Positions 16,603 to 25,432 of a stretch of 31,743 bases of DNA are shown here, piece after piece (position 1 is the first letter of the stretch; each line of letters begins with the position of its first letter). The notes below the pieces were generated by a model. It did not search any database and was not told where the DNA came from. It saw nothing but the letters and a program-made list of their open reading frames with translations. This stretch comes from Solirubrobacterales bacterium. Lineage in GTDB: Bacteria; Actinomycetota; Thermoleophilia; Solirubrobacterales; 70-9. Made by a program: the position numbers and the translations under genes. The stretch lies in NCBI GenBank assembly GCA_036262475.1, contig DATAIY010000474.1:1-31743 (forward strand), written 5' to 3'.

Positions 16603-17022
16603 ATGGGTCAGGAGCAGATCAGGCTGGCGCCGATCGGCCGGGTCGAGTCGCAGCTCGACGATCTCCCAGCAGCGCCTCAGCAGGGCGACGAGGGTGCGCC
16701 GTACGCGTGGCTCGTCCTCGAGGCGGAGGTGGCCGGGGGCCTTGGCGGCATTGGGGCCGGCGACGACGTCCTCGTCTTCACCTGGCTCGACCGCGCCCGG
16801 CGCGACCTGCTGGCAGTCCATCCGCGCGGCGACGCGTCGCGACCGCTTCAGGGCGTGTTCGCCAACCGCTCTCCCGACCGGCCCAACCCGATCGGCCTGC
16901 ACCGAGTGAGGGTGGCGCCGGTCGACCGCAACCGGCTGCTGGTCGAAGGCCTCGAGGCGCTGGACGGGACGCCGATCCTCGACCTGGAGCCGGTGCTGAG
17001 CGCCGAGGTCGACGAGCGCTGA
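16603..17022 (+). CDS. trmO: TrmO/TsaA (YaeB N-terminal) SAM-binding domain protein, single domain
   Basis: LAPIGRVES, VLVFTWLDRA, VHPRGD, GVFANRSPDRPNPIGLH, LEALDGTPILDLEP. Confidence 0.8.
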   Translation: MGQEQIRLAPIGRVESQLDDLPAAPQQGDEGAPYAWLVLEAEVAGGLGGIGAGDDVLVFTWLDRARRDLLAVHPRGDASRPLQGVFANRSPDRPNPIGLHRVRVAPVDRNRLLVEGLEALDGTPILDLEPVLSAEVDER

Positions 17023-17055
17023 GCCGGGCCGACCACCCACTAGCCTCTCCTGGCG

Positions 17056-17817
17056 ATGACCGGGACCGCTCTCACCTACGAGCCGCTGGGCGGCGATCGC
17101 CATCGGCACGGCGACGACCTCGTCCACGAGCACCCGCACGCCGGTCCGCACAGCCACGAGCCCGACCATCCGGCTCACGACCATCACCACCACGGCGGCC
17201 ACGGTCACTCGCACGGCCTCGTCGACGAGAGCATCAAACGCTCGCGCGAGGGACTGCGGGCGGTCGGCCTCTCGCTCGCCGTCCTCGCCGTCGCCGCCGC
17301 CGCCCAGACCGCGATCTTCCTCGCCAGCGGCAGCGTCGCCCTGCTAGCCGACCTGATCCACAACTTCGGCGACGCGGGCACCGCGATCCCACTCGGAGCC
17401 GCCTTCCTGCTGCGCTCGGGTCGGGCCGAGCGGGTGGCCGGGCTGTTCGTCGTCGCCGTCATCTTCTTCTCCGCCTGCGTCGCCGGATTCGAGGCGATCT
17501 CGCGGCTGATCCATCCCCAGACCCCCACCCACCTCATCGCCCTGGCCGCCGCCGGCCTGATCGGGTTCGCCGGCAACTGGCTCGCGGCCGGGATCCGGAC
17601 CCGGGCCGGCAACCGCCTCGACAGCCCGGCGCTCCTCGCCGACGGCAACCACGCCCGCGCCGACTCCTACGTCAGCCTCGCGGTTATCGCCAGCGCCGCC
17701 GTTGTCGCGATCGGGGTGCCCGTCGCCGACCCGCTGATCGGCCTCGCAATCACCGCGGTGATCCTCAAGATCACCTGGGACTCCTGGGGCACGGTGCGGG
17801 GGCACCGCCACCGCTAG
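17056..17817 (+). CDS. Cation diffusion facilitator with His-rich N-terminus and no C-terminal domain
   Basis: Six TM segments; site-A motifs HNFGD (TM2) and HARAD (TM5); N-terminal HEHPH...HDHHHHGGHGHSHG. Protein ends about 10 aa after TM6. Confidence 0.88.
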   Translation: MTGTALTYEPLGGDRHRHGDDLVHEHPHAGPHSHEPDHPAHDHHHHGGHGHSHGLVDESIKRSREGLRAVGLSLAVLAVAAAAQTAIFLASGSVALLADLIHNFGDAGTAIPLGAAFLLRSGRAERVAGLFVVAVIFFSACVAGFEAISRLIHPQTPTHLIALAAAGLIGFAGNWLAAGIRTRAGNRLDSPALLADGNHARADSYVSLAVIASAAVVAIGVPVADPLIGLAITAVILKITWDSWGTVRGHRHR

Positions 17818-17841
17818 GGCTGCGTGGGGAGTTCGCGGGCG

Positions 17842-17871
17842 GCTGTCGAATTCGGGGCGGCCCATTCGTCT
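17842..17871 (+). promoter_or_regulatory. ECF42-type promoter upstream of the DGPF-sigma operon
   Basis: GCTGTCGAATTCG-gggcggccca-TTCGTCT, 36 nt before ATG 17908. This is the expected autoregulatory position for ECF42. Confidence 0.8.
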
Positions 17872-17907
17872 CTGATGCGACCACTCTCCAAACGACAAGG
17901 AGAAGCG

Positions 17908-18264
17908 ATGAGATACATGCTGCTGATTCACCAGGGCACCACCCCGACCCCCGGCTCGCCGGAGTGGGACAGCCTTGCCGAGGACGAGCAGCGGGCCGTC
18001 TACGCCGACTACCAGGGGATCAACGAAACCCCCGGCGTCAGCCCCGGCCAGCAGCTGCAGCCCCCCGAGGCGGCGACCACGGTGCGGGTGCAGGGCGGCG
18101 AGACGCTGGTCACCGACGGCCCCTTCGTCGAGACCAAGGAGGCACTCGGCGGCTGGCTGATGTTCGAGGCCGGTGACCTCGACGCCGCGATCGAACTCGC
18201 CGCGCGGATCCCGGCGGCGCGCATGGGCGGGGCGATCGAGGTGCGCCCGCTGGTGGAGCGGTAG
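17908..18264 (+). CDS. YciI/DGPF family protein
   Basis: [54 protein letters not shown]. Confidence 0.92.
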   Translation: MRYMLLIHQGTTPTPGSPEWDSLAEDEQRAVYADYQGINETPGVSPGQQLQPPEAATTVRVQGGETLVTDGPFVETKEALGGWLMFEAGDLDAAIELAARIPAARMGGAIEVRPLVER

Positions 18265-19436
18265 CGATCCTCGACCAGGTCTACCGCGACGAGTGGGGAC
18301 GCGTCCTCGCTGCGACGATCGGCTTCCTCGGCGACTTCGACCTCGCCGAGGAAGCCACGCAGGAGGCCTTCGCGGTCGCCGCCGAGCGCTGGCCTCGCGA
18401 CGGAGTCCCGACCAGCCCCGGCACCTGGCTGGTGACGACGGCGCGCAACCGGGCGATCGACCGCATCCGCCGCGACCGCACGCTGGCGGCGAAGACCCGC
18501 CAGCTCGAGCTGCCCGAGGCGACTGAGGACGAGATGGACGCGACGACGTTTCCAGACGAACGGCTCGAGCTCGTCTTCACCTGCTGCCACCCGGCGCTCG
18601 CGACCGAGGCGCAGGTGGCGCTCACCCTGCGGACCCTCGGCGGCCTCAGCACCAGCGAGATCGCCCGCGCCTTCCTGGTCGCCGAGCCGACGATGGCGCA
18701 GCGGCTGGTGCGGGCGAAACGCAAGATCAAGGCCGCCGGGATCCCCTTCCGGGTGCCCCCCGACCACCTGCTGCCCGACCGGCTCACCGCCGTGCTCGCG
18801 GTCGTCTACCTGATCTTCAACGAGGGCTACGGCCGCGGGGGCGGTGAGCTGGAGGCCGAGGCGCTGCGGCTCGGGTGGGCACTCGCCGAGCTGATGCCCG
18901 ACGAGCCGGAGGCGCACGGCCTGCTGGCGATGATGCTCCTGCTCGACGCCCGCCGCGCGGCGCGGTTCCGCGACGGCGACCTGGTCCTGCTCGGCGACCA
19001 GGACCGCTCGCTCTGGGACGCGGCGCAGATCGCCACCGGCCGGGCGACGCTCGACCGGGCCCTGGCTCTGCACGGCCGCGGTCCCTACGTGATCCAGGCG
19101 GCGATCGCCTCCCTGCACGCCGACGAGCCCCGCGACTGGCCGCAAATCGCCGCCCTCTACGGCGAGCTGTCCCGCCTCACCGACTCGCCCGTCGTCGAGC
19201 TGAACCGGGCCGTAGCCGTCGCCGAGGCCGAGGGGCCGGAGGCGGGGCTGGCGATCGTCGACGGCCTGGCGCTCGAGGACTACCGGTACCTGCATTCGAC
19301 CCGCGGGGAGCTGCTGCGCCGCCTCGACCGGACCGAGGAGGCCCGCGGCGCATACCGCCGGGCCCTGGCTCTCGTCCACGACGAAGCCGAGCGGCGCCTG
19401 CTCGAACGGCGTTTGTCGGAGCTGGATGAGCTGTAG
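18261..19436 (+). CDS. ECF42-type RNA polymerase sigma factor with DUF6596/TPR extension; start codon non-canonical
   Basis: In frame from 18261: [15 protein letters not shown]...[13 protein letters not shown]...WPRDGVP...[12 protein letters not shown]...[15 protein letters not shown]...LRTLGGL...[13 protein letters not shown]...DQDRSLWD...[10 protein letters not shown]...[11 protein letters not shown]. The junction reads GTAG, not GTGA. Confidence 0.88.
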   Translation, partial: VAILDQVYRDEWGRVLAATIGFLGDFDLAEEATQEAFAVAAERWPRDGVPTSPGTWLVTTARNRAIDRIRRDRTLAAKTRQLELPEATEDEMDATTFPDERLELVFTCCHPALATEAQVALTLRTLGGLSTSEIARAFLVAEPTMAQRLVRAKRKIKAAGIPFRVPPDHLLPDRLTAVLAVVYLIFNEGYGRGGGELEAEALRLGWALAELMPDEPEAHGLLAMMLLLDARRAARFRDGDLVLLGDQDRSLWDAAQIATGRATLDRALALHGRGPYVIQAAIASLHADEPRDWPQIAALYGELSRLTDSPVVELNRAVAVAEAEGPEAGLAIVDGLALEDYRYLHSTRGELLRRLDRTEEARGAYRRALALVHDEAERRLLERRLSELDEL

Positions 19437-19493
19437 TCCGGCCGTGCGGCAGTGGAGGAAATCGCTCACGCCGACGGAATCTAGGCCGCAGCC

Positions 19494-19978
19494 ATGGCAC
19501 GCGAAGACCTCCTTGCCGCCGCACAGGCGCTGATCGGCGCGGACGATCCCGTAACGGCCGCCGGAGTGTTCGGCCTGCAGGACGACTACGCGGCAATCAC
19601 CGTCGGGGCATCGTCAGCGGCATCGCGACCCCGGACGCCGCCAGCCCGGTGCTCGCCGGGGCCGGGGCGACCGCGAGCCTCGAGGCCACCCGGCAGGAGA
19701 GCGCGCGCAGCCAGGGCCTGACCGTGCGGATGCTGGTCGTCGTCACCGCCCGCAGCATCCACATCCTCTCCCTGCCGATGGCCGGGAACACGCCGCAGAA
19801 GGAGCTGATGAGCTTCGAGCGCGGCGGCACCAAAGTCGAGATCTCGAAATTCGGGCTGAGCCGGCGGCTGAAGCTGACCGATTCCGGCTCCGGCCAGCAC
19901 CTGGGATTGACCGGCTCGGCCGCTCCATTCTCCTCCTTCTCCAAGGGGGACAAGGCGGTCTTGGCCGAGCTCGGTTAG
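19494..19978 (+). pseudogene. Hypothetical protein (~161 aa), frameshifted
   Basis: MAREDLLAAAQALIG...AITVG joins GIVSGIATPDAASPVLAGAG...MLVVVTARSIHIL...GDKAVLAELG* if one G is added to the G4 run 19605-19608. Confidence 0.65.
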
Positions 19979-20076
19979 GGCCCGGGCTCTGCGGGGAGTG
20001 CGGCAGCCAACTCTTCCACTGATCGAGTCCGACTTGGCGGGAGGGAATAGAGAGAATCAGGCCCACCCGGGCAGCC

Positions 20077-21207
20077 TCACTCGTCCTGGCCGCGATCTGG
20101 CAGCGGCGGCGGAGCCGACCTGTAGGTGACGGGAGTCTCCGAGAGCCGGATCGGGTTGCGCGTCAGGTTCACCGTAGAGCCGTCCTCGCGGGGGACCGGG
20201 ACGATCGGCTCGAGCCCGATCGCGGCGGCGAACCGGAAGGCCGCCGCGATGTCGTTGACCACTCCCGCCGGGATCCGTCGCTCGGTCAGCTCCGCCGCCC
20301 ACTCCGCCGCCGGGCGGGTGCTGAGGGCCGGGCCGAGACCGGTCCGGAGCGCCTCGCGGTTCTCGACCCTGACCGGGTTGCTGGCGAAGCGCTCGTCGGC
20401 GGACAGGTTGGGCAGGCCGAGGACGGCGCAGAGCTCGGCGAACTGGCGGTCGGTGCCCACGGCGAGCACGAGCTCCCCTTCGGCGGTGTCGAAGAGCTCG
20501 TATGGGGCGATGCTCGGGTGCCGGTTCCCCATCCGCCCCGGCACCGCCCCGGCGACGGTGTAGGCGGAAGCCTGGTTGACGAGCGCCGCGAGCAGCGAGG
20601 AGAACAGGTCGACCTCGACCAGCTGGCCGCGGCCGCTGTCGCGGCGGTGCTCGAGCGCGGCCAGTATGCCGACCGCCGCGAAGAGGCCGGCGATCACGTC
20701 GACCAGGGCGACTCCCACCTTCAGCGGCGGCCCGTCGGGCTCGCCGGTGATGCTCATCAGGCCGCCGAGGGCCTGGATCAGGAGATCGTAGCCGGGCAGG
20801 ACGGAGCCCTTCTCCCCCGACCCGAATCCGGTGACCGAGCAGTAGACGAGGCCAGGGTTCTCGGCGCTAAGTGCTTCGTAGTCGAGGCCGAAGCGAGCCA
20901 TCAGCCCGGGGCGGAAGTTCTCCACGACGACGTCCGCCCCGAGCGCCAGCCGCCGCGCCTCGGCGAGCCCGGCGGGATCGGAGAGGTCGAGGGCGATGCT
21001 CGACTTGTTGCGGTTGAGGGCCTCGAAGTAGGTCGCCTCCCCGGTTGTGTCGTAGGGCGGTCCCCAGGAGCGGGTGTCGTCGCCGACGCCGGGTCGCTCG
21101 ACCTTCGTCACCTCGGCGCCGAGGTCCCCGAGCACCATCGTCGCCAGGGGACCGGCGAGCACGCGGGAGAAATCGAGGATGCGCAGATCTCCCAGTGCGG
21201 ACGGCAT
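20077..21207 (-). CDS. Family III CoA-transferase (CaiB/BaiF; succinyl-CoA:glutarate CoA-transferase-like)
   Basis: ILDFSRVLAGP, LGAEVTKVERPG.GDDTR, LNRNKSSI, DVVVENFRPG, GYDLLIQA, GNRHPSIAPY. Divergent from the acyl-CoA dehydrogenase. Confidence 0.9.
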   Translation of the reverse strand: MPSALGDLRILDFSRVLAGPLATMVLGDLGAEVTKVERPGVGDDTRSWGPPYDTTGEATYFEALNRNKSSIALDLSDPAGLAEARRLALGADVVVENFRPGLMARFGLDYEALSAENPGLVYCSVTGFGSGEKGSVLPGYDLLIQALGGLMSITGEPDGPPLKVGVALVDVIAGLFAAVGILAALEHRRDSGRGQLVEVDLFSSLLAALVNQASAYTVAGAVPGRMGNRHPSIAPYELFDTAEGELVLAVGTDRQFAELCAVLGLPNLSADERFASNPVRVENREALRTGLGPALSTRPAAEWAAELTERRIPAGVVNDIAAAFRFAAAIGLEPIVPVPREDGSTVNLTRNPIRLSETPVTYRSAPPPLPDRGQDE

Positions 21208-21224
21208 GTGGTTGAATCCTGTCA

Positions 21225-21245
21225 GATATTCGAAAATCGAGAATC
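21225..21245. promoter_or_regulatory. Candidate GntR operator in the divergent intergenic region
   Basis: GATATTC GAAAATC GAGAATC: three tandem GAnAwTC heptamers. The first two form a 14-bp palindrome with one mismatched pair. AT-rich stretch in a 50-bp spacer. Confidence 0.5.
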
Positions 21246-21257
21246 AAGGAAAGCCAT

Positions 21258-22445
21258 ATGTCACTTTCTACTGCCCCGACCGAGGCGATTCGCCCCAATG
21301 ACTACCTCGGCATCGATCGTCTCCTCTCCGACGAGGAGCGCGACATCCGCGACACCGTCAGGGCCTTTGTCCGCAACCGCGTCGTCCCCAACGCCGGCGA
21401 GTGGTTCGAGAAGGCGACGATCCCGCTCGAGCTGGCCGGCGAACTCGGCAAGCTCGGCGTCCTCGGGATGCACCTCGAGGGCTACGGCTGCGCCGGCACC
21501 AGCGCCACCGCCTACGGCCTCGCCTGCATGGAGCTGGAGGCCGGCGACAGCGGCATCCGCAGCCTCGTCTCGGTCCAGGGCTCGCTGGCGATGTACGCGA
21601 TCTACCGCTGGGGCTCGGAGGAGCAGAAGCAGGAGTGGCTGCCGCGGATGGCCGCCGGAGAGGTGCTCGGCTGCTTCGGCCTGACCGAGCCCGACGCCGG
21701 CTCCGACCCCGGATCGATGCGGACCAGGGCGCGCCGCGACGGCTCCGACTGGATCCTGCACGGGCAGAAGATGTGGATCACCAACGGCTCCGTGGCGGAG
21801 GTCGCCGTGGTCTGGGCCCAGACCGACGAGGGCGTGCGCGGCTTCCTCGTCCCCAAGGGAACCAAGGGCTTCACCACCCAGGACATCCACGGCAAGATGT
21901 CGCTGCGAGCCTCGATCACCTCCGAGCTACTGCTCGACGAAGTCCGGCTCCCGGCCGATGCGGTCCTGCCCGAGGTCAGCTCACTGAAAGGCCCGCTCTC
22001 CTGCCTCAACGAGGCCCGCTACGGAATCGTCTGGGGCGCGGCGGGCGCGGCCCGGGCCTGCTTCGAAGCGGCCCTCGAGTACAGCCTCGAGCGGATCCAG
22101 TTCGGCAAACCGATCGCCTCCTTCCAGATCCAGCAGCAGAAGCTGGCGCAGATGGCGCTGGAGGTGAATCGCGCGACCCTGCTCGCCCTCCACCTGGGGC
22201 GGATGAAGGACGAGGGGCGGCTGCACTCCGAGCACGTCAGCATGGGCAAGCTCGGCAACGTCAACGCCGCCCTCGAGGTCGCCCGCAGCGCCCGCCAGGT
22301 GCTGGGCGCCAACGGCATCACGCTCGAGTATCCGGTGATCCGGCACATGAACAACCTCGAGTCGGTGGTCACCTACGAGGGCACGGCGGACGTCCACGCG
22401 CTCGTGATCGGCTCCACCCTGACCGGGATCCAGGCCTTCCGATGA
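21258..22445 (+). CDS. gcdH: Glutaryl-CoA dehydrogenase-like acyl-CoA dehydrogenase
   Basis: AYGLACMELEAGDSGIRSLVSVQGSLAM, GCFGLTEPDAGSDP, KMWITNGS, GPLSCLNEARYGI, RQVLGANGI.LEYPVIRH..NLESV.TYEGT are characteristic of GCDH. Confidence 0.85.
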   Translation: MSLSTAPTEAIRPNDYLGIDRLLSDEERDIRDTVRAFVRNRVVPNAGEWFEKATIPLELAGELGKLGVLGMHLEGYGCAGTSATAYGLACMELEAGDSGIRSLVSVQGSLAMYAIYRWGSEEQKQEWLPRMAAGEVLGCFGLTEPDAGSDPGSMRTRARRDGSDWILHGQKMWITNGSVAEVAVVWAQTDEGVRGFLVPKGTKGFTTQDIHGKMSLRASITSELLLDEVRLPADAVLPEVSSLKGPLSCLNEARYGIVWGAAGAARACFEAALEYSLERIQFGKPIASFQIQQQKLAQMALEVNRATLLALHLGRMKDEGRLHSEHVSMGKLGNVNAALEVARSARQVLGANGITLEYPVIRHMNNLESVVTYEGTADVHALVIGSTLTGIQAFR

Positions 22446-23311
22446 GCGGCGGCGCGATCGAGAAGGTCGGAGTCGTCGGTGGCGGCATCATGGGCACCGG
22501 GATCGCCGAGGTCTGCGCCCGCTCGGGCCTCTCGGTGGCCCTGGTCGAGGTCGACCAGGAGAGGGCCGATGCGGCCCGCGGCCGGATCGAGAAATCGATG
22601 GGCAAAGCGGTCAGGCGCGAAGCGATCAGCGGCGGTGAGGCCGAGGAGGCGATGGCGCGGCTGAGCTGCGCCGCCAGCCTCGACGCCGTCGCCGACAGCT
22701 CGCTGGTCGTCGAGGCCGTGGTCGAGGACCGTGACGCGAAGCTCGGGGTGTTCACGCGGCTGCAGACGATCGTCGAGGACCCCGACGCGATCCTCGCCTC
22801 GAACACCTCCTCGATCCCGATCGTCGAGCTCGCCGCGGCGACCGGCGACCGGGCCGAGAACGTGCTCGGACTGCACTTCTTCAACCCGGTGCCCGTCCTC
22901 TCGCTGGTCGAGATCATCCCCTCACTGCTGACCGACCAGAAAGTGGTCGAGCGCACCCGGACCTTCGCGGTCGAGGTGCTGGGGAAGGAACCGATCGTCG
23001 CCCCCGACCGGGCCGGCTTCACCGTCAACGCCCTCCTGATCCCCTACCTGCTGGCGGCGATCCGCATGTTCGAACAGGGCCTGGCGAGCGCCGAGGACAT
23101 CGACAAGGGCATGGTCAAGGGCTGCGCCCACCCGATGGGCCCGCTGGCGCTCTCGGACCTGATCGGCCTCGACACCGTGGTGAGCGTCGCCGAGACCCTC
23201 TACGCCGAGCACCGCGAGCAGCTCTTCGCGCCACCGCCGCTGCTGCAGCGGCTGGTCGCCGCGAACATGCTAGGGCGCAAGACCTCGCGGGGCCTCTACA
23301 GCTATGACTGA
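22442..23311 (+). CDS. 3-hydroxybutyryl-CoA dehydrogenase
   Basis: VGVVGGGIMGTGIA, VVEAVVE, ASNTSSIP, GLHFFNPVP, GFTVNALLIPYL, HPMGPL.LSDLIGLD, LGRKT.RG.Y. ATGA overlap with gcdH. Confidence 0.9.
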   Translation: MSGGAIEKVGVVGGGIMGTGIAEVCARSGLSVALVEVDQERADAARGRIEKSMGKAVRREAISGGEAEEAMARLSCAASLDAVADSSLVVEAVVEDRDAKLGVFTRLQTIVEDPDAILASNTSSIPIVELAAATGDRAENVLGLHFFNPVPVLSLVEIIPSLLTDQKVVERTRTFAVEVLGKEPIVAPDRAGFTVNALLIPYLLAAIRMFEQGLASAEDIDKGMVKGCAHPMGPLALSDLIGLDTVVSVAETLYAEHREQLFAPPPLLQRLVAANMLGRKTSRGLYSYD

Positions 23312-24020
23312 GCGGAGCCCGGTCGCTGTCGCGGAGCGCCAGCCGGGCGGGGGGGCGCTGCCCGGCAAGGCCCCCGGCACCACCGCCCAGCACGCTCTCG
23401 AGGGACTGCGCCGGGCGATCGTCGGCGGCGAGTGGCGACCCGGGCAGCGGGTCGGCCAGGAGGACATCGCCGAGCGCCTCGGGGTCAGCCTCGCCCCGGT
23501 CCGCGAAGCGCTGGCCGTGCTCGAGCAGGAGGGGCAGGTCACCTATATCCCCCGCCGCGGCTACTTCGTCACCGAGCTGCGGATCGAGGACCTGAAGGAG
23601 ATCTACGCCCTGCGCGAGTTGCTCGAGAGCCGGGCGGCGGCGCAGGCGCTGCCCTCGATCGACGAGGACGGGCTGCACCGGATCGAGCTGGCCGACCGCG
23701 ACTGCGTCGAAGCGGCCGAGGAGGGCGACGTAGCCGCCGAGCTGGAGGCCAACCGGCGCTTCCACTTCGCGCTGCTGGAATCGCCGGAGCAGACGCACAC
23801 CACGCGGCTGATTCGCCTGCTCTGGGACTCGACCGAAGCCTACCGAGCGATGTACTACAACTCACCGGTCGCGAGGGCGGAGTCGGTGCGGGCCCACGAG
23901 CGGATCCTCGCCGCGATCCGCAACGGCGACGGCGAGCGCCTGATCGCCGAGCTCGACGCCCATCGCGACCGGGCGCTACAGCTGCTCAGCGACGTACTCG
24001 CGCCGCCGCCGCTCCCCTAG
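23304..24020 (+). CDS. GntR family regulator (FCD domain)
   Basis: HTH QEDIAERLGVSLAPVREALAVLEQEGQV..IPRRGYFV; FCD ANRRFHFAL and HERILAAI. 8-nt overlap with the upstream gene. Confidence 0.92.
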   Translation: MTERSPVAVAERQPGGGALPGKAPGTTAQHALEGLRRAIVGGEWRPGQRVGQEDIAERLGVSLAPVREALAVLEQEGQVTYIPRRGYFVTELRIEDLKEIYALRELLESRAAAQALPSIDEDGLHRIELADRDCVEAAEEGDVAAELEANRRFHFALLESPEQTHTTRLIRLLWDSTEAYRAMYYNSPVARAESVRAHERILAAIRNGDGERLIAELDAHRDRALQLLSDVLAPPPLP

Positions 24021-25410
24021 GAGCACTGCTTGCCGTGCCTTGATCCGGCTTGCCGCGCTGGAAGAGCCAGCGCTGGAAGAGCGAGCCGAGGTCGGGGCCG
24101 GAGACTTCTTCGGCGAGGGCGACGAACTGGGCGATGTCGGCGTTGCCGTAGCGGTGCTCGGTCGCCCAGAGGCGCAGGACCTTCAGCATCTTCTTGGTCC
24201 CGATCTGCAGCCGCAGCGCCTCCAGCGCCATCGCGCCGCGCACGTTGGTCGAGGTGGCGAAGAGGTTCTTCGGCTGGCCCGGATGACCGGAGGGCGGGTC
24301 CCAGAAGTCGGTGTTGGAGGCGGGGACGCGGTAGAGCTGGCGGAAGGTCTGGACGGCGCTGCGGCCGCCGTGCCGCTCGGCGTAGTACCACTCGGTCCAG
24401 GTCGCGAAGCCCTCGTTGAGCCAGATGTTGGGCCAGCGCTCGAGCCCGGCCGAGTCGCCGAACCACTGGTGCGCCGTCTCGTGCACCAGGGTCGTCAGGT
24501 CGGGCGGGAAGGCGTATATCGGACGGGTCTGGGTCTCCAGGGCGTAGCCGAGCTTGGGAGCAAAGTCGACGACCGAGCCGGCCGCGTCGAACGGGTAGGG
24601 GCCGAAGATCTTCGACTCGAAGCGGACCACCTGCGGCAGCGCGGCGAGGGCCCGCCGCGAGCGCTCGGCGAGCGCCGGGTCGACCATCGTCCAGGTCGGC
24701 AGGCCGTCGATCTCAGTGCGCACCAGCTTGCCGCGGCCGATGTCGATCAGCGCCAGGTAGGGAGCCATCGGCTGCGCCTCGGTCCAGTCGAACAGCTTGC
24801 GTCCCCCCTTGCGGCTGACCGACACGAGGCGCCCGTTGGCCACCCCCTTCAGGGCCGCCGGGACGGTGACGTGGAAGCTGAAGCCGGCCTTGTCGAAGGG
24901 AGCGTTGTTGCAGGGGATCCAGGCCGCGGTGCCGAGCGGCTCGCCAACTCCGAACGCCCCGTCGGGGGTTCGGTTCCAGCCCTCGAAGGTGCCGTCGGGG
25001 TCGATCACCCGGCGCGGGCGGCCCTGGTAGTGGACGACGACCGTGAACGATTCTCCGCGCACCAGTGGCGTCTCGGGAGTGATCTTCAGCTTGTCCCGGC
25101 CACGGCCGAAGGTGGCGCCTTCGCCGTCGACCGTGACCCCCGTCACCCGCAGGCCGACGAGGTCGAGTGAGAAGCTGCTCAGGCGCTGGTCGGCGCTCGC
25201 CGAGATCCTCGTCGCCGCGTCGAGCGTGCCGTTGGCGGGGCGGAAGGCGAGGCGGACGTCGTAGTGGGAGACGTCATAGGCGCGGCTGCCGCTGCGCGGG
25301 AAGAAGGGTTCGCCGAGGACGTCGGCGGCGGCAGAGCTCGCTCCGATCAGCCCGGCGACGGCGAGGCCGAGCAGAAAGCGGGTGAGCCGGGCAGCGAACA
25401 CCGACCGCAT
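23986..25410 (-). CDS. Secreted M1 family zinc aminopeptidase
   Basis: Signal peptide; GEPFFP..G...YDV.HYD; YALETQT; HETAHQWFGD; WLNEGFATW (HExxH...E). Confidence 0.9.
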   Translation of the reverse strand: MRSVFAARLTRFLLGLAVAGLIGASSAAADVLGEPFFPRSGSRAYDVSHYDVRLAFRPANGTLDAATRISASADQRLSSFSLDLVGLRVTGVTVDGEGATFGRGRDKLKITPETPLVRGESFTVVVHYQGRPRRVIDPDGTFEGWNRTPDGAFGVGEPLGTAAWIPCNNAPFDKAGFSFHVTVPAALKGVANGRLVSVSRKGGRKLFDWTEAQPMAPYLALIDIGRGKLVRTEIDGLPTWTMVDPALAERSRRALAALPQVVRFESKIFGPYPFDAAGSVVDFAPKLGYALETQTRPIYAFPPDLTTLVHETAHQWFGDSAGLERWPNIWLNEGFATWTEWYYAERHGGRSAVQTFRQLYRVPASNTDFWDPPSGHPGQPKNLFATSTNVRGAMALEALRLQIGTKKMLKVLRLWATEHRYGNADIAQFVALAEEVSGPDLGSLFQRWLFQRGKPDQGTASSAPRGAAAARVRR

Positions 25411-25432
25411 CCTAGGCGTCGTACCCACTCAC

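Noticed and set aside
23986-24020. Convergent GntR/M1 peptidase 3' overlap as a regulatory feature
   Set aside because: Short tail overlaps are common in high-GC genomes, and the peptidase tail looks like non-conserved run-on.
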